Below are positions 39,992 to 50,288 of a stretch of 64,000 nucleotides of DNA, one piece after another. Position numbers and translations under genes: made by a program. The notes under the pieces were generated by a model. That model made no database searches. It was not told where the DNA came from and was given only the letters and a program-made list of their open reading frames with translations. Within the stretch, counting starts at the first letter, position 1, and each line of letters starts with the position of its first letter. The DNA lies in NCBI GenBank assembly GCA_965224705.1, contig OZ245056.1, positions 1,184,001 to 1,248,000 on the forward strand, in the 5' to 3' direction. This DNA is from Spirochaetaceae bacterium. GTDB taxonomy: Bacteria; Spirochaetota; Spirochaetia; DSM-2461.

Positions 39992-40324
39992 CTAACTTGT
40001 TTCACCGTACATCTCTGTTATCAAAAGTCTCAATTTTCTGGAATCTTCCGATGTTATCTTATCAAGCCGCTTGATCAGGCGTTTTTTTGAAATCGTCCTG
40101 ATTTGATCCACCACTATCTCAGCTTCCTTCCCCTGGCATAGGATTGCTATCCGACTTTTCCAGGCGGCATGTATTTGAGTGGTAAGAGGGCAAACGACAA
40201 CGGTTTCAAGATATTCGTTCATGGAATTGTCAGAGACTATGACCACGGGTTTTGCTTTCCGTATTTCGCTCCCCATAGCAGGATCCAAATTGGCAAGATA
40301 CAACTCATATCTTTTAAGCTTCAT
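39992..40324 (-). CDS. mazF: MazF/PemK toxin
   Basis: LDPAMGSEIRKAKPVVIVS...VVCPLTT...DQIRTISKKRL. Confidence 0.88.
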   Translation of the reverse strand: MKLKRYELYLANLDPAMGSEIRKAKPVVIVSDNSMNEYLETVVVCPLTTQIHAAWKSRIAILCQGKEAEIVVDQIRTISKKRLIKRLDKITSEDSRKLRLLITEMYGETS

Positions 40325-40557
40325 TATTCATCATCCTGAAACACCTCATGCCAATCCGACCAATCCTCATCCTTTGCTATTGCCTGATAAGTTTCATCCC
40401 AGGAAATTTTCTGATTTTCTTTCGCGTGTATCAGAATCCCTTCCCTTTTTTCCTCTATGACAACTTCATCTTTAAAATGATATTTTGCAATAATATTTTT
40501 GGGAAGGCGAAGCCCCTTGCTGTTGCCGATGTTAATAATTTTCGCTTCTCTCACCAT
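40324..40557 (-). CDS. mazE: AbrB/MazE antitoxin
   Basis: IGNSKGLRLPK; coupled to the toxin; TTGACA upstream. Confidence 0.85.
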   Translation of the reverse strand: MVREAKIINIGNSKGLRLPKNIIAKYHFKDEVVIEEKREGILIHAKENQKISWDETYQAIAKDEDWSDWHEVFQDDE

Positions 40558-40684
40558 ATAATACGTGTATATACAGTAATTACTCGAATGTCAACAGTGT
40601 TTGCCACCCTTTTTGATTTAAGGAGCAATTACACATAATGGGCCGCCGTTGTGCGACGGTTCGCCGTGCCGAAGGGCTGGGACC

Positions 40685-40831
40685 TCTCGGACTTACGCCT
40701 CACGGCTCGATTTTTGCCCTTTTTTCTGCTGTTGCGTTGCCAAAATACTCACGTAACTTAAGTTTTTGTCGCCTTGCATCAGGAAGAAATCATCAAAAAT
40801 CGCCTCTAAGCCCTAAAGTCTGACAGACTCC
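40685..40831 (-). mobile_element. MITE copy F (reverse orientation)
   Basis: TCGGACTTACGCCTCACGGCTCGATT ... AAAGTCTGACAGACTCC. Confidence 0.75.
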
Positions 40832-41330
40832 CTGGCAATGACATCCCGATTGCGACTCCAACTGCTTTCGGTCTTCCAGGAAAAACGGGTAAAAACACGT
40901 TCGGCTTCTTTGCTTTTACCGAAGAGCTTTTCAGCCCTAACCATCTGCGGATCAATCTCCACGGAAAATGATACGGACATCAGGAAATCTGGCCCTGATC
41001 GCGCCAACCAGCTTGACCAGAATCTCTTCGGTACCGTCACAGGCATCCAGGCTGGACGGCCGCAGTCGGGCGATCAGGGGAAAATCATCACAGAACACAT
41101 AGAGCGGAAGGTAGCTGATCGTAATATCCATGAAAAAACCGCTGCTGCTGATCGCCGTGAATGGGAATGTCGGTGGCATCAAAATCCAGAATCAGGGTTT
41201 CCGGCGGCTCCTCTAAACTCTCAAGAAACAGTTGACAGAGAAGCTCTTCAATCCCCCTGGCATCCCAGGTGATTTTGCATCCAACTCATGGCCGAGTTCC
41301 AATCTGTTCAGGGTGCTCTTTCCGGCAAGG
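40832..41330 (-). mobile_element. IS1380-family remnant
   Basis: YLPLYVFCDDFPLIARLRPS...RARFPDVRIIFRGD; homologous to the 34.3-34.5 kb fragment. Confidence 0.8.
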
Positions 41331-41509
41331 GGTTAGCGCACCCACACATTCTACGGGAACCCAAAATAATTCAATTTGATGAGTTTTTGAAGAGACTCTA
41401 AGTACTTAGATCCTGCTTGACACCGAAAAAATGTGGCGTTAAGATCGTTTATGTCTCTAAATCCTCAACCCGGGGAAAGCAGAGAACAATAATTATTAGG
41501 AGGACGATC

Positions 41510-42550
41510 ATGAAAAAGATCGCAGCAATGCTTCTGGTATTAATCGTTATCGGCGGATTCGTATTCGCAGGCGGACAGCAGGAGAGTTCTGCCCAAAGTG
41601 ATGATCAGCTTGAAATCGTAATGGTTGTCAAACTTGAAGGTGTCGCCTGGTTTGACAATATGAGACTCGGTATTGAAAGATTCAATGACGAGCATCCCGA
41701 TGTAAACTGCTATCAGATTGGTGCTGATACAGCTGACCCGGCTGCTCAGGTTGCACTCGTAAACGATCTTGTAGCCAAGGGTGTGGATGCAATTCTCGTA
41801 GTTCCCAATGATCCCGAATCACTTGTTCCCGTTTTCAAGAAAGCCAATGATGCAGGAATCCTCACTTTCACTCATGAGGCTTCAAACCAGAAACAGATCA
41901 GCTTTGATGTTGAGGCTTTCGACAATGAAGCTTACGGACGCCATATGGCCGATGTAATGGCTGAGTGGATGGGCGAAGAAGGAGTCTGGCAGCCGTTCGT
42001 AGGACACCTTACTTCTCCTACTCATAATCAGTGGGTTGACGGCGAAATTGCACAGGTTAGCGATAAGTATCCCAATCTCAAGATGGCTACCGACAGAGTT
42101 GAAGATCAGGAAAACCAGCAGATTGCCTATGAGAAATCACTTGAACTCCTGAAAACATATCCTGAAATCAAGGCTCTTATGGGCTCGGCTATGAGTACCG
42201 CTCCCGGTGCCGCCGCTGCAATCGAAGAAAAAGGACTTATCGGAAAAGTTGCCGCATTCGGTACATGTCTGCCATCTGTAGCGGGCGACTACCTCGAATC
42301 CGGTGCCGCACAGTCGATCCACTTCTGGGTTCCCGCAGATGCAGGTTATGTAACGGCAATGGCTGCCTACAAAACCCTTAAGGGAGAAGAAATCACCGAC
42401 GGTACTGATATGGGTGCTCCCGGATACGAAAGCATTATCGTCAAAAAGAACGAACACGGACACCCGGTTATCTACGGACAGGCATGGGTTGATGTAGACA
42501 AGGACAACCTCGACGACTGGAAAGATGCGAGCGGAAAGTATAAGCTTTAA
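41510..42550 (+). CDS. Sugar/AI-2-type ABC transporter substrate-binding protein
   Basis: AGGAGG RBS, signal peptide, VVKLEGVAWF...GVDAILVVPND. Confidence 0.9.
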   Translation: MKKIAAMLLVLIVIGGFVFAGGQQESSAQSDDQLEIVMVVKLEGVAWFDNMRLGIERFNDEHPDVNCYQIGADTADPAAQVALVNDLVAKGVDAILVVPNDPESLVPVFKKANDAGILTFTHEASNQKQISFDVEAFDNEAYGRHMADVMAEWMGEEGVWQPFVGHLTSPTHNQWVDGEIAQVSDKYPNLKMATDRVEDQENQQIAYEKSLELLKTYPEIKALMGSAMSTAPGAAAAIEEKGLIGKVAAFGTCLPSVAGDYLESGAAQSIHFWVPADAGYVTAMAAYKTLKGEEITDGTDMGAPGYESIIVKKNEHGHPVIYGQAWVDVDKDNLDDWKDASGKYKL

Positions 42551-42566
42551 ACAAAGCTGATCTTGC

Positions 42567-42599
42567 GGGAAGGAAGGTCCACCCTTCCTTCCTTTTTTT
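42567..42599 (+). terminator. Intra-operon hairpin/terminator after the binding-protein gene
   Basis: GGAAGGAAGG-TCCAC-CCTTCCTTCC followed by T7. Confidence 0.7.
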
Positions 42600-42625
42600 A
42601 ACTACCCATTTCTACAGGAGACGAT

Positions 42626-44152
42626 ATGGCTGAGGTATTCCTGGAAGCTAGAGGTGTAAGTAAGGCATTCGTCGGGGTCAAAGCTCTTGATAATGTTGAT
42701 CTTACCATAGGAAGGGGGGAAATCCACTGCCTCATAGGTGAAAACGGTTCCGGAAAATCCACCCTGATTAAAATCATCGGCGGAGTATATAAAGCCGACA
42801 GCGGCAGTGTGAAGATAGAAGGAAAAGAGCTTCATGAGCACGGAATACAGGCCATAGAATCGATACGTGCCGGCGTCCAGATTATTTATCAAGATCTTTC
42901 CCTGTTTCCGAATTTGACCGTTGCAGAGAATATTTCAATTAACCAGATGCTCGAGAGTAATCAGCAGACTGTAAACTGGAAAACAATTCATCAAGAGGCA
43001 AAGAAAGCTCTTGATGAAATCGGGGAAGAAATCAATCTAAATGAACGGGTAGAAAACCTGTCTATGGCGAAAAAGCAGATTATCGCCATTTCAAGAGCCC
43101 TTACGCAGAATGCGAAATTAATCATAATGGATGAAGCTACTTCCGCTATTACAAAGGAAGAAGTTGATTATCTTTTCTCAATAATAATGAAGTTGAAAGA
43201 ACGGGGGATATCAATCCTGTTCGTCAGTCACAAACTGAGCGAGGTTTTCGAGATCTCGGAGAACATCACTGTCTTGAAGGACGGCAAACAGATAGGTGTA
43301 TATCCTACATCTGATCTCGATAACGACAAGCTTGTTTATCTGATGACCGGACGTGAACTTGAGTCTTCTCCATACATATACAATAAGAAAGTGAAGAATG
43401 AAACCCTTTTGCTGGAGGTTGAAAATCTCAACAAGGAAAGACAGTTTCATAATATTAGCTTCACTCTTGAAAAAGGCGAAATTCTCGGAATTACAGGACT
43501 TATCGGGTCGGGGCGCACCGAGGTTGCTCAGGCACTTTTTGGTCTGAACAGGCCCGACAGCGGAACGATAAGGATGCACGGTGAAATTTTCGACGTCAGG
43601 AGTCCGGAAGATGCAATTAAGCATGGAATCGCCCTGCTGCCAGAAGAGCGGCATGGCCAGGGGCTTTTTGATGAACAGCCTATAGGCAGTAATATCGTCA
43701 TTACGATTTTAAAAACACTTCTTGCTAAGTTCGGCCTTCTGAGTCCCAGGAAACGGAAAGAGTCGGGCGATAACTGGATAGAAAAGCTTGAAATTAAAAC
43801 CCCAAGCAGTGAGAATCCGGTGAACAGTTTATCAGGCGGAAATCAGCAGAGGGTAGTTCTTGCCAAATGGCTTGCCACCAATCCTGATGTATTTATTCTC
43901 GACGGACCGACGATCGGTATTGATATCGGATCGAAGCATACGATTCATGAAATTATTCGCGATCTTGCTGAGAAGGGGATGGGAATAATCATGATTTCTG
44001 ATGAAATTCAGGAAATTCTCGACAACTGTAACCGTGTTCTGCTGATGTCGAACGGCAGGATAATCAAAGAAGTTGATGATTCTACAACTACCACTGCAGA
44101 GGAACTGTTTGATATTGTGGCGAGATCATATGAAGAGGAGTTGGGCGCATGA
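42626..44152 (+). CDS. Sugar ABC transporter ATP-binding protein (two NBDs)
   Basis: GENGSGKST and LSGGNQQRV motifs. Confidence 0.95.
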   Translation: MAEVFLEARGVSKAFVGVKALDNVDLTIGRGEIHCLIGENGSGKSTLIKIIGGVYKADSGSVKIEGKELHEHGIQAIESIRAGVQIIYQDLSLFPNLTVAENISINQMLESNQQTVNWKTIHQEAKKALDEIGEEINLNERVENLSMAKKQIIAISRALTQNAKLIIMDEATSAITKEEVDYLFSIIMKLKERGISILFVSHKLSEVFEISENITVLKDGKQIGVYPTSDLDNDKLVYLMTGRELESSPYIYNKKVKNETLLLEVENLNKERQFHNISFTLEKGEILGITGLIGSGRTEVAQALFGLNRPDSGTIRMHGEIFDVRSPEDAIKHGIALLPEERHGQGLFDEQPIGSNIVITILKTLLAKFGLLSPRKRKESGDNWIEKLEIKTPSSENPVNSLSGGNQQRVVLAKWLATNPDVFILDGPTIGIDIGSKHTIHEIIRDLAEKGMGIIMISDEIQEILDNCNRVLLMSNGRIIKEVDDSTTTTAEELFDIVARSYEEELGA

Positions 44153-45156
44153 ATATCACATCTCTGATGAAAAAGAACGAGACCTATCTTCTTCTGGTAG
44201 TAATAGTGTTTTCTATCGTGATCACTACTATTAATCCGGTATTTATGACCTGGGAAAATATGTTTGATCTGTTGCGCAGCAGTTCGGGGACGGCAATACT
44301 TGCAATAGGAGTTTTTGTCGTACTTCTTTCGGGCGGTATAGATGTCTCGTGTACGACGATTGCTATTTGCGGTCAATACATCGCAATTAACCTGCTTATT
44401 GCAAGCGGCGTCGATAATATAGCCGTTGCTTTTCTGATTTCGATTGCCGTCGGGCTTGCCCTGGGAGCAATAAATGCTGTGTTCATATCGGTTTTCAATC
44501 TTCCGACCTTGATTACGACTTTAGGTACCAGCAGTCTTTTTCACGGAACACTTCTCGAGTGGGTCGGAACGAAAGCCGTCAATGTGGGAAATATCCCGGG
44601 CAGTATTAAAACCTTTGGGAAGATGAATATTTTAACGTTTTCAAGGCCCGACGGAACCGAGTACGGATTATCGGTTTTTTTTATGATTCTTGTTGTCGCC
44701 GTGCTGCTGACCTGGTTTCTTCTAAAATATACGATGATCGGCCGCGGCATTTATGCAATCGGCGGTAATCGTGAGGCTGCGAAGAGAACAGGTTACAATA
44801 TAAGAAAAATTCAATTCTTCACATACATGTACGCCGGTCTGCTGGCGGGGGTTATGGGCGTAATGCATCTGTCGTTGATACGCTACAGCAATCCGACCTA
44901 TATCGTAGGGTCCGAACTGGGCGTTATTGCCGCTGTTGTTCTCGGAGGAACCAGAATAAGCGGCGGAACGGGAACGATAACCGGAACCCTTATCGGTGTT
45001 GCGTTGATTACCATCCTTGAAAAGAACCTTGTGCTGATCGGTCTGTCATCATACTGGCAGAAGTTTTTCATTGGTTTGATCATAATAATCGGTGTATCGA
45101 TAACCTACGCCCAGAATAAGATTAATGAGCGCAGAGGCGTATCTGTCAGTACCTGA
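44149..45156 (+). CDS. Sugar ABC permease
   Basis: GGIDVS and IAAVVLGGTRISGG motifs. Confidence 0.92.
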   Translation: MNITSLMKKNETYLLLVVIVFSIVITTINPVFMTWENMFDLLRSSSGTAILAIGVFVVLLSGGIDVSCTTIAICGQYIAINLLIASGVDNIAVAFLISIAVGLALGAINAVFISVFNLPTLITTLGTSSLFHGTLLEWVGTKAVNVGNIPGSIKTFGKMNILTFSRPDGTEYGLSVFFMILVVAVLLTWFLLKYTMIGRGIYAIGGNREAAKRTGYNIRKIQFFTYMYAGLLAGVMGVMHLSLIRYSNPTYIVGSELGVIAAVVLGGTRISGGTGTITGTLIGVALITILEKNLVLIGLSSYWQKFFIGLIIIIGVSITYAQNKINERRGVSVST

Positions 45157-45158
45157 CA

Positions 45159-46190
45159 GTGGAGGTCAAAGTGAAAATAAAGATTAAACACACAAAGAAC
45201 TTTACACTTTTTATAATAATGGCCGCAATTTTTATTGTACTGTCTATTGCGATGCCGAGTAAATTTTTGACCGGGATCAATCTGCAGTCGATGGCATCTC
45301 AGTTCCCGGAATTCGGACTGCTTGCGCTTGCGATGATGATGGCTATGATAACGGGTGGGATTGATCTTTCGGTAGTATCAATCTCGAATTTTACCGGAGT
45401 AATTGCAGCGCTGATTCTTGCCGGTTCGGTGGAAACTTCAACTCCGGTAGGGGCTGCCGTCCTGTTTGCGGTGCTTGCAGCCGCCGGAATATCAATTCTA
45501 TGCGGTCTGATTAATGGATTACTAATTGCAATGATAGGCGTGCCCCCGATTCTGGCTACGCTGGGTACACAGGGATTGTTTATAGGACTTGCGATTGTGA
45601 TAACCGGTGGCCACAGCATCATCGGATTTCCGGTTGAATTTATGAGTCTCGGCAGCGGAACGGTGTTTGGGCTTCCCGTACCGTTTATAATCTTTGCTGC
45701 AATCGCTTTTCTTGTCAGTGTTCTTTTGAATCGAACGCGTCAGGGATTCAATATGTATATGCTTGGATCTAACCCTACTGTTGCAAAATTCTCGGGTGTG
45801 AACAATACTAAGGTTCTCATCAATACATATATTCTGACGGCTGTTCTCGCCGGTCTGGCCTCGCTGATAATGATCTCAAGGGCCAACTCTATGAGACCCG
45901 GCTACGGAACAGCCTATCTTCTGCAGGCAATACTTGTAGCTGTTCTCGGCGGAACCGATCCCGACGGCGGTTTTGGAAATGTAAAGGGGTTGATAATGGG
46001 CATTGTTATACTCCAGATAACACAGAGCGGGCTCAACATTATGTCTTTCAGCCCGTTTTTCAGGAAATTTATCTGGGGATTTGCGCTGCTTGCAATAATG
46101 GTAATCAATTTCGTGCTGCACAAACACAATGAGCACAAGCGTATTATGGAAATGAACGAAATGAAAACTGCGGCACAGGCTGCAGGATAG
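45159..46190 (+). CDS. Sugar ABC permease
   Basis: TGGIDLSV and ILVAVLGG motifs; start may be at 45171. Confidence 0.92.
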   Translation: MEVKVKIKIKHTKNFTLFIIMAAIFIVLSIAMPSKFLTGINLQSMASQFPEFGLLALAMMMAMITGGIDLSVVSISNFTGVIAALILAGSVETSTPVGAAVLFAVLAAAGISILCGLINGLLIAMIGVPPILATLGTQGLFIGLAIVITGGHSIIGFPVEFMSLGSGTVFGLPVPFIIFAAIAFLVSVLLNRTRQGFNMYMLGSNPTVAKFSGVNNTKVLINTYILTAVLAGLASLIMISRANSMRPGYGTAYLLQAILVAVLGGTDPDGGFGNVKGLIMGIVILQITQSGLNIMSFSPFFRKFIWGFALLAIMVINFVLHKHNEHKRIMEMNEMKTAAQAAG

Positions 46191-46202
46191 AGGAGAATTG
46201 AA

Positions 46203-47102
46203 ATGGCAAAGAAGATTGCAGTAATGGGTGCCGGTATTATTGCTACCGGTGTCGGTAAAACTCTGCTCGATAACGGATACAACTTAAACTGCTATAACAG
46301 AACGGAAGCAAATGCCGCTGAGCTTGTTAATGCAGGTGCGGTATACTACGATTCTCCTGCGGCAGCCGCAGAAGGAACGGATTTCGTTATCAGCGCCGTC
46401 TGGAATAAGGATGCTTTTGATCACGTAATGCTCGGTGAGAACGGACTCTATATGAATGCGGCTGAAGGGCAGATTTATATAGATATGAGCACTCAACTGC
46501 CTGAAACAGCTGCAGAGGCGGCGGCTGTATTCGCAGAGAAGAATGCCGGTTTTCTTGATGCGCCGATTCACGGTTCTAAGGCGGAAGCGAATGCCGGGGG
46601 ACTCTGGGTTATGGTCGGAGGAGAAAAGGATACATATGAGAAAGCTCTGGAAATACTGCAGGTGATCGGCGAAACTGTTCATTATATGGGCGGACACGGA
46701 AAAGGGTACGCTTCAAAACTGTGTGGAAATCATCTTGTATCGACTGTGGTCGCTGCTGTTTGCGAGTCAATAGTACTTGCCTCTAAAGCCGGTATTGATC
46801 CGGTGGAAATAGTTAAAGTATGGCAGGAATCGGATTTCAGATCACCGGTTGTGGGTGGTGTCGGCAGTTCTGTAATCAGCAGAGACTTTGATGTCTCTTT
46901 TCATCTGAGAACTATGGTTAAAGATACCGAATTGATAAGAAATTTTTCCGAATCGTTGGATGTACCTGTATTTCTTTCGAATATTGTGCACGAAGTGAAC
47001 AAAGTTGGTTTGAATATGGGTTTCGGCGACGAAAACGCTTCAGCCGTTGTTAAGGTTTTTGAATATATGGCATCAACTGTGGTGTCCGGAAACAATAATT
47101 AA
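46203..47102 (+). CDS. NAD(P)-dependent beta-hydroxyacid dehydrogenase family protein
   Basis: Rossmann GAGII, FLDAPIHG and KLCGN motifs. Confidence 0.88.
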   Translation: MAKKIAVMGAGIIATGVGKTLLDNGYNLNCYNRTEANAAELVNAGAVYYDSPAAAAEGTDFVISAVWNKDAFDHVMLGENGLYMNAAEGQIYIDMSTQLPETAAEAAAVFAEKNAGFLDAPIHGSKAEANAGGLWVMVGGEKDTYEKALEILQVIGETVHYMGGHGKGYASKLCGNHLVSTVVAAVCESIVLASKAGIDPVEIVKVWQESDFRSPVVGGVGSSVISRDFDVSFHLRTMVKDTELIRNFSESLDVPVFLSNIVHEVNKVGLNMGFGDENASAVVKVFEYMASTVVSGNNN

Positions 47103-47107
47103 AGGAG

Positions 47108-48118
47108 ATGAAAATGAAGAAATTTTTGAACAAGCCTGAAAATTTTGTTGATGAGATGATTGAAGGAATCATGGCGGCTCATCCCGATAAATTGAAATAT
47201 GTGAATGACGATTTACGCTGCGTCTGTACCGCAACCGGCAAGGACGGCAAAGTCGGTATTGCTACTGGCGGCGGTTCCGGACATCTTCCGCTGTTTCTGG
47301 GCTATGTCGGAGACGGCATGCTCGACGGGTGCTCGGTCGGGGGAGTATTTCAGTCTCCTTCAGCCGAGCAGATGTTTGAGGTAACCAGGGAGATAGACAA
47401 GGGTGCGGGTGTTCTGTATATCTACGGCAACTACGGCGGCGACATCATGAATTTCGATATGGCCGTGGAAATGGCGGACATGGAAGATATCAAAGTTCTT
47501 CAGGTGGTAGCAGGCGAAGACGTTGCATCTTCAAAAAAGGGTGAAGAACACAAACGGCGCGGTGTTGCAGGCATTTTTTTTGTTTACAAGATTGCCGGTG
47601 CAGCTGCAGACGATATGAAATCTCTTGAAGAAGTAAAAGCTGTCGCCGACAGGGTCTGCTCTAATGTAAGAACCATGGGTGTTGCGCTCAGTCCCTGTAT
47701 TGTTCCCGATGTAGGTAAGCCGTCGTTCGAGATAGCTGAAGGAGAAATGGAAATCGGGATGGGCATTCACGGAGAACCCGGGATTGAGAAAGGCCCTCTC
47801 AAGCCGGCTGATGATGTTGTTGAAACAATGCTGAATGCCATTCTTGAAGATCTTCCGTATGAGAACGGTGATGAGGTGGCGGTTTTAATGAATGGACTCG
47901 GCGCTACTCCGAAAGAAGAGCTGTATGTTATGTATCGCAAGGTCGGAATGATGCTGAAAAATAAAGGTATTTCGGTTTTTCATGTTTACGTCGGCGAATT
48001 CGCTACTTCAATGGAGATGGCGGGTACATCGATATCATTACTGAAACTTGATGATGAGCTAAAAAAATATCTTTCGAAACCTGCATATACTCCGTTTTTC
48101 GAGCAGGTTCAGCTTTAA
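47108..48118 (+). CDS. dhaK: Dihydroxyacetone kinase family, K subunit
   Basis: GGGSGHLP, NYGGDIMNF, RRGVAG and GMGIHGEPG motifs. Confidence 0.92.
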   Translation: MKMKKFLNKPENFVDEMIEGIMAAHPDKLKYVNDDLRCVCTATGKDGKVGIATGGGSGHLPLFLGYVGDGMLDGCSVGGVFQSPSAEQMFEVTREIDKGAGVLYIYGNYGGDIMNFDMAVEMADMEDIKVLQVVAGEDVASSKKGEEHKRRGVAGIFFVYKIAGAAADDMKSLEEVKAVADRVCSNVRTMGVALSPCIVPDVGKPSFEIAEGEMEIGMGIHGEPGIEKGPLKPADDVVETMLNAILEDLPYENGDEVAVLMNGLGATPKEELYVMYRKVGMMLKNKGISVFHVYVGEFATSMEMAGTSISLLKLDDELKKYLSKPAYTPFFEQVQL

Positions 48119-48133
48119 GATCAGGGAAACGGG

Positions 48134-48772
48134 ATGGATAAACTGTTATTGAGCGACATAAAAGGTTTTCTTGCGAAGATAAGCGCTATTGTTGCCGAGA
48201 ACAAGAATTATTTGATTGAATTGGACGGCAAAATGGGTGATGGCGATCTCGGTCTTACTATGTCCGCAGTGTTCACAGCTCTCGCCGAGTTTGCCGGAAG
48301 TTATTCCGAGGATGATATCGGCGGTATGTTAATGAAAGGCGGAATGGCTATGTCGAAAGCCGCCCCGTCCACAATGGGCACCCTGATGGCTACAGGATTC
48401 ATGCGCGGAGGGAAGGTTTTAAAAGGCAGCGCTGAACTCGGTATCGCTGATATTGCCGCATTCTGGACGGCTTTCGTGAAAGGGCTGATGGACCGAGGCA
48501 AATCAAAACCCGGCGACAAGACGATTGTCGATTCTCTGTATCCTGCAGCTGAATCCTTCGAGGCATCGGCTGAAGCCGGTGAGGATATTGCGGCGGCGGC
48601 GGCTAAAGCCAGGGCTGCAGCCGAGCAGGGGCGGGATGCCACCGTCGGTATGATAGCCCAGCACGGTCGGGCGGCTTATTATCAGGAGAAGTCGAAGGAA
48701 CTGCTGGACCCCGGTGCTGTTATGGGTGCAATACTTATAGGGTCCTTCGCAGATTATTTGTCGGAGTTGTAA
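48134..48772 (+). CDS. dhaL: Dihydroxyacetone kinase family, L subunit
   Basis: LDGKMGDGDLG, GDKTIVDSL, GRAAY and DPGA motifs. Confidence 0.92.
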   Translation: MDKLLLSDIKGFLAKISAIVAENKNYLIELDGKMGDGDLGLTMSAVFTALAEFAGSYSEDDIGGMLMKGGMAMSKAAPSTMGTLMATGFMRGGKVLKGSAELGIADIAAFWTAFVKGLMDRGKSKPGDKTIVDSLYPAAESFEASAEAGEDIAAAAAKARAAAEQGRDATVGMIAQHGRAAYYQEKSKELLDPGAVMGAILIGSFADYLSEL

Positions 48773-48781
48773 AATCAAGCC

Positions 48782-50278
48782 TTACAGAAGATGCCGGGTC
48801 GATTCAAAGAGTTCCCGATATTTTTTATACCTCGCTTCATAGAAGCTGAATAATGTTTTATTCGGAATAACCTCATCGGTAATGCGTACCCATTTTCCGG
48901 CTTCGCTCGAATCTTTGAAGTGTCCGGTTCCGACTGCCGCAAGAAATGCATCTCCGTAGCAGGCGCCGAGGGTTATATCGGGAATAAACTGGCTGATGCC
49001 GGTGATATCGCTGATGACCTGCATTAGCGATTTGCTTTCAGCAGCTCCTCCGATAGCGATTATGCGTTTTGCCTCCACTCCCTGGGATTTCATTTCTTCG
49101 ATATTGTGTTTGATTCCGTAGCCTATTGATTCCTGAAGAGCGCGAAAAATGTCTCCGGGTTTTGCTTGCAGGCTTAAACCAAAAATGACGCCTTTTGCCT
49201 CGGGTGCGTTGAGCGGTGTACGCTCTCCAGCAAAATACGGCAGGATAATGATGCCGCCCGCACCAGGTCTGGATTCGGCGGCAAGTTCTTCCCATTCAGC
49301 AATTGTTCGACCGGGAAAGGTTTCTATGAACCATTTAAACAGGGAGCCTACAGTGGACATCCCTCCGGTCAGGACTGAACTGCCTTCGTCAATGAAGTTA
49401 GATGCCCAGAATGATTTCAGCGGCGTCAGCGTCTCCGTACGCATGATGAAGAAGTTGCTGCTGCCGTACATCATCATCATATCGCCGGGATAGCAGACTC
49501 CCGCACCTACGGCCTCTGAGCAAGCATCGGCGGTACCTGTTATAACCGGGGTGCCTTCGACAAGCCCCGTCTGTTCCGAGGCGGTCGATGTGATTTCGCC
49601 AGCTATATCACTGCTCCAGAGTAATTCCGGAAGACGGTTGAGGTTAAGCAACCGTTTTTCCGGTGTGCCGTTGAATGTGCCGTTCCAGCATTTTTTTCGG
49701 ATATCGAACAGTGGAGCATAGCTCATTGCATTGTATATGTCGAGGGTGTAACGGCCGGTTAGCCTGTAGACGATGTACCCGGTTGCGGTCAAAAACATAG
49801 AGGTTTTATTCCATATTTCAGGTTCATACTTCCGTATCCAGTGGATTTTCGGGATGCAGGCCTGTGACGACAGTTCCTGCCCCGTCATTTGAAACAGCTG
49901 TTCTTTTCCGATAAGTTCCTCGATTTCTATGATTTCCTCGGATGCGCGGGTATCAATGCCGTACATGATTCCGGCCCGCAAAGGTTGGCCAGCTTCGTCT
50001 ACCGGCAGTACGCAGGGGGCGATTGTGCTGACGCAGACTGCTTTTATATACTCTGCCGACAGGCTGTGCTTTGTCTTCAGTTCATCAATTAGTTTTCTGC
50101 TGAGGGTTGAAAAATCTCCCCACCAAACCGCATCGGCATCCATTTCGTAAAAACCGGGCTGTGGCATTTCCATTCTATGCGGGACTGAGGCTTCTACAAG
50201 AATTGCACCTTCGGTATCGGTGATGACTCCCTTTGATGAACCCGTTCCTATATCAATTCCAAGAAAACAATCCGTCAT
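48782..50278 (-). CDS. FGGY-family carbohydrate kinase
   Basis: LGIDIGTGSSK, GTADA and LPYFAGERTP motifs. Confidence 0.92.
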   Translation of the reverse strand: MTDCFLGIDIGTGSSKGVITDTEGAILVEASVPHRMEMPQPGFYEMDADAVWWGDFSTLSRKLIDELKTKHSLSAEYIKAVCVSTIAPCVLPVDEAGQPLRAGIMYGIDTRASEEIIEIEELIGKEQLFQMTGQELSSQACIPKIHWIRKYEPEIWNKTSMFLTATGYIVYRLTGRYTLDIYNAMSYAPLFDIRKKCWNGTFNGTPEKRLLNLNRLPELLWSSDIAGEITSTASEQTGLVEGTPVITGTADACSEAVGAGVCYPGDMMMMYGSSNFFIMRTETLTPLKSFWASNFIDEGSSVLTGGMSTVGSLFKWFIETFPGRTIAEWEELAAESRPGAGGIIILPYFAGERTPLNAPEAKGVIFGLSLQAKPGDIFRALQESIGYGIKHNIEEMKSQGVEAKRIIAIGGAAESKSLMQVISDITGISQFIPDITLGACYGDAFLAAVGTGHFKDSSEAGKWVRITDEVIPNKTLFSFYEARYKKYRELFESTRHLL

Positions 50279-50288
50279 ACAAACTCCG

